A stretch of 64,000 bases of DNA from Minisyncoccia bacterium (lineage in GTDB: Bacteria > Patescibacteriota > Minisyncoccia > UBA6257 > 2-01-FULL-56-20): NCBI GenBank assembly GCA_050008535.1, contig JBEKML010000001.1:2246-66245 (forward strand), in the 5' to 3' direction. The first letter of the stretch is position 1. The number at the start of each line of letters is the position of its first letter. The notes beneath the pieces are model-generated. The model did not search any database, had not been told where the DNA came from, and was given only the letters and a program-made list of their open reading frames with translations. Positions 41,127 through 52,694 of this stretch are shown one piece after another. A program made the position numbers and the translations under genes.

Positions 41127-41534
41127 TCAGCTTATCTTGGAGAGGTCGCCGTTAAGAATTATCGGCTCGACAGCCTGAAGTTCGTCCTTAATGTACGGCT
41201 GGTCAGGCATGGGATTAAGGAAATAAATTTTCTTTCCCTTGTAATGCGCGAATCCGATCTCCAGGAATGAGTTTGCGCCGATATAGTTTTCTATTTCCCC
41301 CTTGGTAAAGTTCGTGACGAGAATAGCATCGGAATTTTCTATTTTCCGCATGTGTTCGCCGATAAGCCCGAGGCTTTGTTTTGCCTGCACGCGGCCTGAA
41401 TTATCTTCCGCCCAATAATTGACACCTGGGACCTTGATCGGCATAAAGACGGTGTGTCCCATGGCTTCAAGCTTTTTCTGGACCTCGATTTCTTGATCGT
41501 AAAACTTTATTGAGCCGCAGATCGTGATGGTCAT
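41127..41534 (-). CDS. Nucleoside 2-deoxyribosyltransferase-like protein
   Basis: 'ITICGS', 'SDAILVTN', 'YIGANSFLEIGFAHYKGKKIYFL' resemble the NDT fold with its conserved Glu. Confidence 0.5.
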   Translation of the reverse strand: MTITICGSIKFYDQEIEVQKKLEAMGHTVFMPIKVPGVNYWAEDNSGRVQAKQSLGLIGEHMRKIENSDAILVTNFTKGEIENYIGANSFLEIGFAHYKGKKIYFLNPMPDQPYIKDELQAVEPIILNGDLSKIS

Positions 41535-41536
41535 GG

Positions 41537-41968
41537 TTAGATTATGTTCAATTTCTTGAACCAGTATTCCCACACCGGCTCAAGTTTCAATGTTTTGATT
41601 TCGTCCTTTTGGTACCAACCGGCGGATTTCGTTTCCTGCTCGTTTTTTTTCATTTCTCCCGAAACGCTGCACTCAAAAAGGTACCAATAATGGGCGCCCA
41701 CTCCCTTACTGCACCAGTTCCAGCCAAGTTCTTCTTCAAAGAGAAGCTTCGCGCTGTCCGCCTCCAACCCTGTTTCTTCCCTGATTTCCCGCACCACGGC
41801 TTGCTGCTCGTCTTCTCCTTCGTCAACATGGCCCGCAACCCCTGCGAATCCGAGGGGCGGTACGGCGCGGTCGATCAAAAGATATTTTCCGTCCCGCAGG
41901 ATGAGCGCTCCCGCCGAAAAATGCATTGGTTTGCCATCCCTCGTTTCGCCTTTTTTGGGGATTGCCAT
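41537..41968 (-). CDS. NUDIX hydrolase
   Basis: Nudix box 'GHVDEGEDEQQAVVREIREETGL'. Confidence 0.92.
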   Translation of the reverse strand: MAIPKKGETRDGKPMHFSAGALILRDGKYLLIDRAVPPLGFAGVAGHVDEGEDEQQAVVREIREETGLEADSAKLLFEEELGWNWCSKGVGAHYWYLFECSVSGEMKKNEQETKSAGWYQKDEIKTLKLEPVWEYWFKKLNII

Positions 41969-42032
41969 CCGAATATTCTATCACGAAAAACGAATGCTCG
42001 AACAATACTACTTGCCATGCATGTCCGCCGCG

Positions 42033-42431
42033 CTATTTTCTCCTCCGCCTTTCCCGATGGAGCTGCTTTGATTTCTGCGTGATGGCGAAAACGGAAAGGA
42101 CCATAATGTAATCCGCAACCACCTCGGGCTCAAGCATGTAGTGTTTGCCGCTTGAGAAAAAAGCGATGCCGGAAAGAAGAAAGACGAGCACCGTCCACGC
42201 GACAATGAAGAGCTCCCCGGGGTGGCGACTGTCGTGGATGTCATACCAACGGTCGAATTCCTTCGTGCTGGCGTAAAGCATAAGCACGCCCGCATAGACG
42301 GCGCTCAAGGGGAGGGTAAGTGCTTCGTACTTGTTAAGCGAGAAAAAATTCACGACCACAAACACCATGAAGACGATAGTCCACATTGCGCAGAGGAACC
42401 GCCATATCCGTTCGTCGCGAAAGGGTCCCAT
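42033..42431 (-). CDS. Hypothetical multi-TM membrane protein
   Basis: Four hydrophobic segments; translationally coupled to the upstream gene. Confidence 0.6.
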   Translation of the reverse strand: MGPFRDERIWRFLCAMWTIVFMVFVVVNFFSLNKYEALTLPLSAVYAGVLMLYASTKEFDRWYDIHDSRHPGELFIVAWTVLVFLLSGIAFFSSGKHYMLEPEVVADYIMVLSVFAITQKSKQLHRERRRRK

Positions 42432-43888
42432 TACTTCACAAAATACTTCTTTTTTATTCCTTCTTCAAGTTCCGTCTCGAATTCATCTTTCGCGGCGCGG
42501 GCTTTTTCGGCAAGCGCCTTGAGTGCGGCATCGCCCAATTCGTTCAATTCCCTCATCCGCACGATCAATCCGTCCCGCTCATTTTTCTTCGGATCATCAA
42601 GTACCTCTTCCAGGAGTGCGGCGAGGATCCAGCCGACGCGGTGGCCGGGCGCGATCTTCAAGATCTCCATCACGTCGTCGCCGTTCACTTTGAGCATTTT
42701 GGGCGAGATCGGGTCGTTCTTCACTTTTTCGATCATAAACATCAAGTGGCGGTTCTTGTACGGAGTGGCTTTCGGGGCGCCCGAGCCGATGCGATCGGCT
42801 TCACGGACCTTGAATAAATCCGGCACCGTTTCCGGTCCCACGCGCGCAAGGAACCGCCGCACGCCGCGCTCGCTTACCTCTCCCACGCTGTAATAGAACA
42901 TGTGATAACGCACCAAGTGCGCTACTTCTTCTATAAATTCCTTTGAAAATCGCAGACGGTCGAGCGCCTTCGCCGCCATTTTTGCGCCAACGTATTCGTG
43001 CTGATAGAAGGTGGATGCTTTACCTTCGCCTTGTTTTGTGCGGGGCTTGCCGACATCGTGCAGGAACGACGCCATCCGCACCGCAAGCGAATAATCCTGC
43101 TTTGCGGCGTAATCAAGCGCACGCACGCTGTGCTCAAAAACGGTATAGACATGATGCAAGTTTTGGTCGACGCCCAATCCCTCGCGCAACTCCGGCAGAA
43201 CATATCGCAAAAGGCCAAGTTCCTCCAAAAGGAGTATCCCCTTCGCCGCGCGGGGCGCCCCTATGATCTTCGCAAACTCGTCGCGGATCCGCTCCTTCGC
43301 GATCATTTCAAGTTCGCCGGCCAATCGCTCGATCGCGCGCCGCGTGTTCATTTCTATCTCAAAATCCAATTCCACCGCAAAGCGGACGGCACGCATAAGG
43401 CGCAGCGCGTCTTCGGCGAAGCGCTCCGCAGGCGCGCCCACCGTGCGGATGATCTTTTCTTCCAAATCATCCTTCCCGCCGAAAGGATCGAGCACTTCGC
43501 CCTTCAGATTCATCGCAAGCGCGTTCACGGTAAAATCGCGGCGGCTCAAATCTTCTTTGATCGTCTTTGCGAATTTCACTTTGTCCGGATGCCGCTTGTC
43601 CGTATATTTTCCCTCAATCCGATACGTGGTCACCTCAACCACGTGCAATTTCGGATCTTCCGATTCTGTCTTCACGCCCACCGTGCCGAAATCATTTTCG
43701 TACACGCTCTCCGGAAAAAGCTTCTGGATCTCCTCCGGCCGCGCGTTCGTCGCCACGTCCCAATCCTTCGGCTCGCGGGCCAAGAGCATATCCCGGACAC
43801 ATCCGCCCACAAGATATGCCTCAAATCCCGCCTCTGCCAGGATCTTTGAGATTTCAGCGACCTCTTGAGGAACGGAGGTTTTTTTCAT
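42431..43888 (-). CDS. cca: CCA-adding tRNA nucleotidyltransferase with HD domain
   Basis: 'YLVGGCVRD', 'KDWDVAT', 'DLSRRDFTVNA', 'EDALRLMRAVRF', 'LHDVGKP'. Confidence 0.88.
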   Translation of the reverse strand: MKKTSVPQEVAEISKILAEAGFEAYLVGGCVRDMLLAREPKDWDVATNARPEEIQKLFPESVYENDFGTVGVKTESEDPKLHVVEVTTYRIEGKYTDKRHPDKVKFAKTIKEDLSRRDFTVNALAMNLKGEVLDPFGGKDDLEEKIIRTVGAPAERFAEDALRLMRAVRFAVELDFEIEMNTRRAIERLAGELEMIAKERIRDEFAKIIGAPRAAKGILLLEELGLLRYVLPELREGLGVDQNLHHVYTVFEHSVRALDYAAKQDYSLAVRMASFLHDVGKPRTKQGEGKASTFYQHEYVGAKMAAKALDRLRFSKEFIEEVAHLVRYHMFYYSVGEVSERGVRRFLARVGPETVPDLFKVREADRIGSGAPKATPYKNRHLMFMIEKVKNDPISPKMLKVNGDDVMEILKIAPGHRVGWILAALLEEVLDDPKKNERDGLIVRMRELNELGDAALKALAEKARAAKDEFETELEEGIKKKYFVK

Positions 43889-43899
43889 GTGCCCGGGGC

Positions 43900-45090
43900 T
43901 TAGCGCACTGTCGCACCGAATTCCTCCTTTACCTTTTCTTCAAGCGCATGATGCATACTATCTACCTCTTCATTGGTAAGCGTCCGATCAAGATGGCGAT
44001 AGACGATGCGGAAAGTGTAGCTTGTTTTGCCAGCGCCAAATTTCGCTTCGTCGGCGTATTCGTCAAGCTGTTTCATTTCTTCTATATATTCATCGCCAAT
44101 TACCTCGCGGGTAATTTCATAAAACCGATTCACATTGAACACGTTCTTATCAACGATGAATGAAATGTCGCGCGTAACCGGAGGATATTTGCTCACAGAT
44201 TGATAAAGGCGATCAAGATCGGCAAGTTGTTTTATAACGCGCGGATCCGTTGAGCGGAACAATCGTATGTCCGGCAACTTCAATTTGATCATCGCGAGGC
44301 GGTCAACGCCAAAACCAAACGCCCAGCCATTATAGACCGCGGGGTCAAAGCCGAGATTGCGAATAACATTAGGATGCACGATGCCGGCGCCCAAAATTTC
44401 CACCCACTGATCACCCCACGCAATGTTCATTTCCAGGCTCGGATCGGTGTAGGGGAAGTGATCCACAACAAACTTATATTTTACATCTTCCCCATACAGT
44501 GAACGCGCGACTTCAAGAAGGATCGCCTCAAGGTCCGGCTGATCAAGCGTTTTCAGATCTTTGCGGATGATGAAAAGGCCATCAATTTGGTGGGGAATAT
44601 TCGTGTGCTGCCAGTCGATCTCGTCGCGGCGATAGGTCTTGCCATAACTTAAGGCACCCACAGAACCATGCTTTTCCAATTTTTCCTTCACTTCGGGAAT
44701 TTCAAGATAATATTTCCACATCAAGCTTGTATGGGGGCGGAGAATGTGTTCCTTATCGACAAAATACGTGTCGCTCCGCGAGCGCGCCGGGTGATCTTTG
44801 GGAAAATTAAAGAGATCAAAAACAACGACTGGCGAGATAACTTCGGGGGTTTCAATAAGATCGAAATTCTTTAAGCTCGGGAGCTCAATAAGCCGCTCAA
44901 CGACCGTTTTAATGGGACTGCCCGCCGTGCGCGTAAGGTCCGGTAGAGCAAGATAGCGCCGCAGGCGATCAGCCTCGACGTCGCCGCGCGTACCGAGTTT
45001 TTTCAAAATTTCATTTTGCTCATCAGGCGGAACCCGATATTCTTTCCGCTTCAAGTGCGACGCCGCATACATTGGTTCCATGCTGCTCAT
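43900..45090 (-). CDS. Single-chain phenylalanyl-tRNA synthetase (catalytic domain plus FDX-ACB domain)
   Basis: 'HPARSRSDTYF', 'LRPHTS', 'YRRDEID', 'FPYTDPSLE', 'GWAFGFGVDRLAM', followed by 'YPPVTRDISF...FRIVYRHLDRTLTNEEVD'. Confidence 0.88.
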   Translation of the reverse strand: MSSMEPMYAASHLKRKEYRVPPDEQNEILKKLGTRGDVEADRLRRYLALPDLTRTAGSPIKTVVERLIELPSLKNFDLIETPEVISPVVVFDLFNFPKDHPARSRSDTYFVDKEHILRPHTSLMWKYYLEIPEVKEKLEKHGSVGALSYGKTYRRDEIDWQHTNIPHQIDGLFIIRKDLKTLDQPDLEAILLEVARSLYGEDVKYKFVVDHFPYTDPSLEMNIAWGDQWVEILGAGIVHPNVIRNLGFDPAVYNGWAFGFGVDRLAMIKLKLPDIRLFRSTDPRVIKQLADLDRLYQSVSKYPPVTRDISFIVDKNVFNVNRFYEITREVIGDEYIEEMKQLDEYADEAKFGAGKTSYTFRIVYRHLDRTLTNEEVDSMHHALEEKVKEEFGATVR

Positions 45091-45138
45091 AATAGCAAAA
45101 ATGCGGAGAAGGGCAAGGGAAATGCACTCGAGAAATCG

Positions 45139-45211
45139 TGCCGGCGGCAGGATTCGAACCTGCGACCTTGGCCTTATGAAAGCCCTGCTCTAACCACTGA
45201 GCTACGCCGGC
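45139..45211 (-). tRNA. tRNA with CAT anticodon (elongator Met or Ile2)
   Basis: Reverse complement GCCGGCGTAGCTCAGTGGTTAGAGCAGGGCTTTCATAAGGCCAAGGTCGCAGGTTCGAATCCTGCCGCCGGCA. Confidence 0.9.
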
Positions 45212-45277
45212 GCACCACCACTATATTATTTTCCGGCCGCCCCGTAAAGTCACGCATAAAAAATAAAAGTGAAAGAC

Positions 45278-45343
45278 GGTGGTAGCAATGGCTTTTGAAA
45301 CGAGCCCTTCCTAGTACTCGTTTCAAAAGCCATTGCTACCACC
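45278..45343. repeat. Conserved-loop palindrome, copy 6
   Basis: 27-bp perfect arms GGTGGTAGCAATGGCTTTTGAAACGAG / CTCGTTTCAAAAGCCATTGCTACCACC, loop CCCTTCCTAGTA (1 substitution). Confidence 0.95.
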
Positions 45344-45357
45344 ACTCACTTCGCGTG

Positions 45358-45431
45358 TTGCGGGGGCCGGAATCGGACCGGCTTCGGGAGCTTATGGGGC
45401 TCCCCGGAAAACCATTCCCAACCCTCCCGCG
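45358..45431 (-). tRNA. Atypical initiator-like tRNA(CAT) or pseudo-tRNA
   Basis: CGCGGGA...CCCCGCA-A with C1:A72; anticodon arm GGGAGC-CCCATAA-GCTCCC; T-arm GCCGG-TCCGATT-CCGGC. Confidence 0.6.
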
Positions 45432-45523
45432 CAATCCGCGGCCGAGCCGCAGAGAATGCATACCAATGATAAATAACTTTTTAATGAATTGTCAAAGCGC
45501 GCAATTAATGAGATTATGAAATC

Positions 45524-46852
45524 ATGAAGCGCGGACACGCGAAAAAGATAGCGATTTTAGGCTTCGGCCGCGAAGGGCGGTCCACGCTAAAATTCCTAAA
45601 GCGGGCACCGGAATTTCGCGGCGCGGAACTATGGATCCTGGATAAAAACGCTGATACAAAAATACCGCGCGGCCTCCGTGCACGGCTCGGGAAAAATTAT
45701 CTCGCGGATCTTCACGATTTTGATCTTGTCTTCCGGGCACCGGGCATCCCCTACACCCTGCCGCCCCTTATCCGTGCCCGGCGGCGCGGCGTAAGGTTTA
45801 CGAGCCTCATGGAGCTTTTTTTCACGCACTGTCCGGCAAAAATAATCGGCGTTACCGGCACCAAGGGAAAAGGCACGACGGCGACGCTCCTTTGTAAAAT
45901 ATTGAAGGCCGCCGGGCGCGACGCCTATTTCGCCGGCAATGTCGGGACTCCAGCACTCGAGATCATCCAAAAATTAAAAAAGGGCTCGCTCGTAGTGCTT
46001 GAACTTTCAAGCTTCCAATTGCAGGGCACCAAAACTTCCCCGCCCGTCGCCCTTGTACTCGATGTTTTCCCCGACCACCAGGACGCGCATAAAAATCTAA
46101 AAGAATATTATGAAGCAAAAGCGAACATTGCCCGGTTCCAAAAGCCGCACGATGCCGTTTTCTTTTTCAAAAACAGCCGCATGAGCGAATGGGTCGCCCG
46201 GCACGGCCGCGGAAAAAAGATCGCCGTGGACGAACGCGCCTTCGGACATTTCGGGCCGGAAAACCTCAAAATGCCAGGCTTCCATAATTTCAGAAATGCC
46301 ATTATGGCGGCGACGGTCGCGCGGGCACTCGGCGTTCCCGACCGCATCATCGTAAAAACCATAAAGGCGTTTTCGGGGAACAAACACCGGCTGGAATTCG
46401 TGCGGAAGATCGGTAACGTGTTTTTCTATAACGATTCCGCCTCCACAAATCCACAGACCTCCGCCGCGGCCGCGAAGGCGTTTCCCGGCAATCCAAAAGT
46501 GCTCATTGCGGGCGGCAAGGATAAAAAACTTGATTACGCGCCACTCGCGAAAGCGCTTCGCGAATCGCGCATCACGCGCATTATTCTCCTCGGAGAAAAC
46601 AAAAAGAAAATAGAACGCACTCTAAGGCCCGCTCTCAAAAATTCCGTTTCGCGCGCTCCGATACAACTGGTTTCTAACCTGCAAGCGGCCGTCCGCGCTG
46701 CTTATCGCGCCGCGCGATCGGTGCGGCGCGCGGTGAAACCGCCGGTTGTTCTTTTTTCCCCAGGTGCCGCAAGCTTCGATCAATTCGAGAACTATGCCGA
46801 TCGCGGAGAACAGTTCAAGAGGCTCGTGCGGAAACTGAAAGAAAAAAATTGA
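45524..46852 (+). CDS. murD: UDP-N-acetylmuramoyl-L-alanine--D-glutamate ligase
   Basis: 'ILGFGREG', 'GVTGTKGKGTT', 'LELSSFQL', 'HRLEFV', 'NDSASTNP', 'SPGAASFDQF'. Confidence 0.95.
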   Translation: MKRGHAKKIAILGFGREGRSTLKFLKRAPEFRGAELWILDKNADTKIPRGLRARLGKNYLADLHDFDLVFRAPGIPYTLPPLIRARRRGVRFTSLMELFFTHCPAKIIGVTGTKGKGTTATLLCKILKAAGRDAYFAGNVGTPALEIIQKLKKGSLVVLELSSFQLQGTKTSPPVALVLDVFPDHQDAHKNLKEYYEAKANIARFQKPHDAVFFFKNSRMSEWVARHGRGKKIAVDERAFGHFGPENLKMPGFHNFRNAIMAATVARALGVPDRIIVKTIKAFSGNKHRLEFVRKIGNVFFYNDSASTNPQTSAAAAKAFPGNPKVLIAGGKDKKLDYAPLAKALRESRITRIILLGENKKKIERTLRPALKNSVSRAPIQLVSNLQAAVRAAYRAARSVRRAVKPPVVLFSPGAASFDQFENYADRGEQFKRLVRKLKEKN

Positions 46853-46883
46853 AATAATCCGCCGGACGCGCTAGAATCCACTC

Positions 46884-47177
46884 ATGGCCGCACAATTGGG
46901 CAAGCATGAGCTGGAACACCTGGCGAAACTCGCGCGCATTGAACTTGATCCCAAAGAGGAAGAGAAACTCCTGAAAGACCTGGGGAGTATTTTGGATTAC
47001 TTTAAAGAATTGCAGAAACTTGATACGGCAAACGTGGAACCGATGACGGGCGGCACGGATCTGCGGAACGTGTTCCGCGAGGACGGCGAGCGCGAGAATA
47101 CCAATCGCGGCGCGGGCACGGAAGCATTCCCCGAAAAAAAAGACGGTTACCTTAAGGTGCCGCCGGTGTTCGAATAG
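46884..47177 (+). CDS. gatC: Amidotransferase subunit C
   Basis: 'HLAKLARIEL', 'LDTANVEPM', 'FREDG', 'YLKVPPV'; directly upstream of gatA. Confidence 0.93.
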   Translation: MAAQLGKHELEHLAKLARIELDPKEEEKLLKDLGSILDYFKELQKLDTANVEPMTGGTDLRNVFREDGERENTNRGAGTEAFPEKKDGYLKVPPVFE

Positions 47178-47193
47178 CTGGTTTTTGAATACT

Positions 47194-48660
47194 ATGGAAC
47201 CGCTCCAAAGTCTCACCATAAAAAAATTCCACGAAGGCCTGCTCGCGAAAAAATTCTCGGCGCTCGAAATTACGCAGGCATTCTTCACGCACATCAAGGA
47301 ACACGATAAGCAGGTCGGCGCCTACCTGAGCATAGCCGAGGAATCGGCGGCGCGCGAAGCGGAAGCAGTGGACCTTGCTGTCGCAAAAGACGAAGATATT
47401 TCCGAACTTGCGGGCGTACCGCTTGCGATCAAAGATTGCATCCTCGTAAAAGATCAACCTGCGACGGCCGCCTCAAAAATCCTCGAACAATACGTTGCGA
47501 GCTACGATGCGACTGTCATACAAAAACTGAAGGCGGAAAAGGCGGTGTTCCTGGGGAAAACAAACTGTGACGAATTCGCGATGGGCAGCTCCACAGAGAA
47601 CTCTGCCTTCCAGCTTACGCACAACCCACACGATCTTATGCGCGTGCCGGGCGGCTCGTCTGGCGGCTCGGCTGCGGCGGTCACGGCGCATCTTGCGATG
47701 GCGGCGCTGGGGTCCGACACTGGCGGCTCCATTCGCCAACCGGCGTCGTTTTGCGGCATCGCTGGCCTCAAGCCGACGTACGGCGCAGTTTCACGTTCCG
47801 GGCTTATCCCAATGAGTTCAAGTTTGGATCAGATCGGCCCGCTCGCGAAGACCGCGGAAGATGCAGCGATTGTCTTCAAGGCGATTGCGGGCCGCGATCC
47901 GCTTGATGCCACAAGCGCGGACCACGACTACGGCGACCTTACCAATCCGAAACTGGAAAAAATAAAAACGCTCCGCGTCGGGCTTCCCGAAGAATATTTC
48001 ATAGGCGGCGTTGACCCGGAAGTGATCGCGGGCATCGAGAGCGCCGTCAAAAAAATAGAGAGTTTGGGTTTGAAGGTGAAAAAAATCTCCCTGCCGCACA
48101 CGAAACACGCGCTCGCCGCCTATTACATCATTATGCCGGCAGAAGTAAGCTCGAACCTCGCGCGTTTTGACGGCATCCGCTATGCGCAGACCCCCGCGGC
48201 AGCGCAAGGCAAAACGCTCCTTGATCTCTATTTAAAACAGAAGGGGGCTGGCTTCGGCGCGGAAGCAAAGCGGAGGATCATCCTCGGAACCTTCGTGCTT
48301 TCCTCCGGCTATTACGACGCCTATTACGAAAAAGCACAGCGCGTCCGCACGCTCATCAAAAACGACTTTGATGAAGCGTTCAAGGAAGTAGATGTGATCC
48401 TTGCACCCGTCGCGCCGACGACCGCATTCAAGATCGGCGAAAAAGTTGACGACCCGCTTTCAATGTACCTTTCGGATATTTTCACGATCACCGCAAACCT
48501 CGCCGGACTTCCCGGACTTTCCATGCCGGTCAAGCCCTATCCCTATCCCAATCCCGCCACCGGTTCAAAAAAAGAAATGCCGATCGGATTCCAATTGATC
48601 GGTAAAAAATGGCACGAGGCCGATATTCTCGGCCTCGGGCAATTCTACGAAAGGATATAA
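47194..48660 (+). CDS. gatA: Amidotransferase subunit A
   Basis: 'GKTNCDEFAMGSSTE', 'PGGSSGGSAAAV', 'GSDTGGSIRQPA', 'SNLARFDG'. Confidence 0.97.
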   Translation: MEPLQSLTIKKFHEGLLAKKFSALEITQAFFTHIKEHDKQVGAYLSIAEESAAREAEAVDLAVAKDEDISELAGVPLAIKDCILVKDQPATAASKILEQYVASYDATVIQKLKAEKAVFLGKTNCDEFAMGSSTENSAFQLTHNPHDLMRVPGGSSGGSAAAVTAHLAMAALGSDTGGSIRQPASFCGIAGLKPTYGAVSRSGLIPMSSSLDQIGPLAKTAEDAAIVFKAIAGRDPLDATSADHDYGDLTNPKLEKIKTLRVGLPEEYFIGGVDPEVIAGIESAVKKIESLGLKVKKISLPHTKHALAAYYIIMPAEVSSNLARFDGIRYAQTPAAAQGKTLLDLYLKQKGAGFGAEAKRRIILGTFVLSSGYYDAYYEKAQRVRTLIKNDFDEAFKEVDVILAPVAPTTAFKIGEKVDDPLSMYLSDIFTITANLAGLPGLSMPVKPYPYPNPATGSKKEMPIGFQLIGKKWHEADILGLGQFYERI

Positions 48661-48669
48661 CCGGCGGTG

Positions 48670-49683
48670 CTACTGCAGCACGGTGCCATTCACCGCGGTC
48701 ACGGTAATATACGGCGAACCGGCCACATGCGTTCCGGTCAGCTGGACCGTGCTTGTGCTCCCCACGAATGGCGTCAAGGCCGCTGCCACTTTTGCGTCCT
48801 TTGCGTTAGAAACATAGACCACAACGCCGTGCGCCGTCGTAAGCGCATATGATGATTTTCCGCCAGCGAGCGTCCCGCTTATGGAAACCGTGCTCGAAAC
48901 CGAGGCGCCTGCCGCAACGCCTACGGGACCAGCAACAAACGAGAGGTTGTTCCATAAATCCACATTTTGGGAGGTAAGGGAAACAACTTGCGCCGCAAGT
49001 ATCGTGTTCGAGGCGTTGAGCGCCTGAAATTGATTATTCAGGGAGGAAAGGCGCGAGGTGACATCAACGCTCTCGTTGCTCAATGCGGTAATCTTTGCGG
49101 TAAGGCCGCTATTTTGGAAATAAAGAAAGCCGGCAAAGCCCGCAAGCGCAAGAATGACCACTATCCCCACAATCATTATTATGTGGCCTCCTCTCGGGGT
49201 CCCCGTCTTTGTGCCCACGCCCATTATAGGATCCGTCATTGGATCTATCTTCGGCCCCATGTTTTTCGGAGACATGCTCGCGAAAGTGGTTTTTGTCGCG
49301 GGACCCGCAGCCGTACTCGCAGAGATAAGATCGCTCACGCGGATAGATTGTGCCCCGGAACTTTTCTGCATCCCGCCCATGCTCACGGCCATCGGCTTCG
49401 GTGAACCGTTCATTGTTATCTTAGGTGCACCTCCCACCGAAACCGTGCCTGTGGACATGCTGCCCGAGGAGGTACTTGTGAACGCCGAGTTTGCCGGCAT
49501 AGCGCCCGCTGGCGCCGCGGCTGCGGGTGCCGCCGGCTTATTCGCCTCTCCCACTTTTTTCAGGGTATCCTCAACGTCCGCGGCTGCCCAGCCCACGCCC
49601 ACAAGCGCCGCCTTGATCGCATCGCGCGAAACCCCCACCTTCATCTGCGACGAAATATATTCAACCAGCTGATCCTGTACCAT
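48670..49683 (-). CDS. Hypothetical single-TM protein (low-complexity linker, coiled coil)
   Basis: N-terminal helical 'LVEYI...GVSRDAIKAALVGVGW', TM segment and coiled coil. ATG 6 nt after TATAAT. Confidence 0.7.
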   Translation of the reverse strand: MVQDQLVEYISSQMKVGVSRDAIKAALVGVGWAAADVEDTLKKVGEANKPAAPAAAAPAGAMPANSAFTSTSSGSMSTGTVSVGGAPKITMNGSPKPMAVSMGGMQKSSGAQSIRVSDLISASTAAGPATKTTFASMSPKNMGPKIDPMTDPIMGVGTKTGTPRGGHIIMIVGIVVILALAGFAGFLYFQNSGLTAKITALSNESVDVTSRLSSLNNQFQALNASNTILAAQVVSLTSQNVDLWNNLSFVAGPVGVAAGASVSSTVSISGTLAGGKSSYALTTAHGVVVYVSNAKDAKVAAALTPFVGSTSTVQLTGTHVAGSPYITVTAVNGTVLQ

Positions 49684-49817
49684 GCTTTAATTATACACCA
49701 CCGCATACCACTGCAAAAACCAGGTAATGCACAGGGGACACGCCGCTTGTTCTTTCCATTATTCAGGGCTACTCTCTAGGCAGAAACACTCACAACTAAA
49801 ATCGAAAGGAGGCGGAC

Positions 49818-50366
49818 ATGCCGCTACCCATCCATCCGCCCCCTGGCGGAAAAACGTTGATCGTCCTGGCAACACTGTCGGACTTGGACAAGGATGCTCT
49901 CGCAGATCTCTCTTTTGTCCTCTGTCCGATCGGTGAAGCGTACGAGAATCCCCAAATCCTGGCATCGGTCAGTCGGGTGATCGTTTGCACAAGATTCCTC
50001 AGCAAGGAACGAGTGCCTGACCTTATCCGGCATCTTGAAGCCAACGGTATCGTCCCAGAGGCTATTCAACTGGCAACGAGCATTGAGGCGATCCAGAAAT
50101 GGGCGCAAAGGGAAAACCGCCTGAATCCTCCCATCGCCCCCGAAAAGAAAGAAGAGGGCAAAAAACCCACCGTCATCCAGATCGTCGCGGACAACTGGCA
50201 AAGGACGGGGGGCGACAAGGGACAGCTTCTTGCCCTTGTCCGCGAATACTACCCCGATGCCCCTGAACGGGTGGTCCCTGACGCAAAGCACAGCATAAGG
50301 AAGTTAAGGAAGCGTGGGGGCCGACCGTCCGAAGGCGTTCCCGAAGTTCCGCCAACCCGATCCTGA
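49818..50366 (+). CDS. Hypothetical protein
   Basis: 182 aa, SD GAAAGGAGG, followed by a hairpin. Confidence 0.6.
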   Translation: MPLPIHPPPGGKTLIVLATLSDLDKDALADLSFVLCPIGEAYENPQILASVSRVIVCTRFLSKERVPDLIRHLEANGIVPEAIQLATSIEAIQKWAQRENRLNPPIAPEKKEEGKKPTVIQIVADNWQRTGGDKGQLLALVREYYPDAPERVVPDAKHSIRKLRKRGGRPSEGVPEVPPTRS

Positions 50367-50396
50367 CAAGGCCCGCGCCGATAACGCCGGGCCTTG
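50367..50396. terminator. Hairpin between the convergent ORF and tRNA-Asp
   Basis: CAAGGCCCG / CGGGCCTTG inverted repeat. Confidence 0.45.
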
Positions 50397-50406
50397 AAAC
50401 TTTTTG

Positions 50407-50482
50407 CGCGGGCGATGGGATTTGAACCCACGACCTTCCCCGTGACAGGGGGACGCTCTAAACCAAGCTGAGCTACGCCCGC
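50407..50482 (-). tRNA. tRNA-Asp(GTC), CCA not encoded
   Basis: Reverse complement GCGGGCGTAGCTCAGCTTGGTTTAGAGCGTCCCCCTGTCACGGGGAAGGTCGTGGGTTCAAATCCCATCGCCCGCG. Confidence 0.95.
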
Positions 50483-50546
50483 AATTTCAACGCTTCTCGA
50501 AAATCTTATATTTTCTCTCGAGAGAACGCAAGGCACTGCATTTTTG

Positions 50547-52694
<2,148 letters not shown>

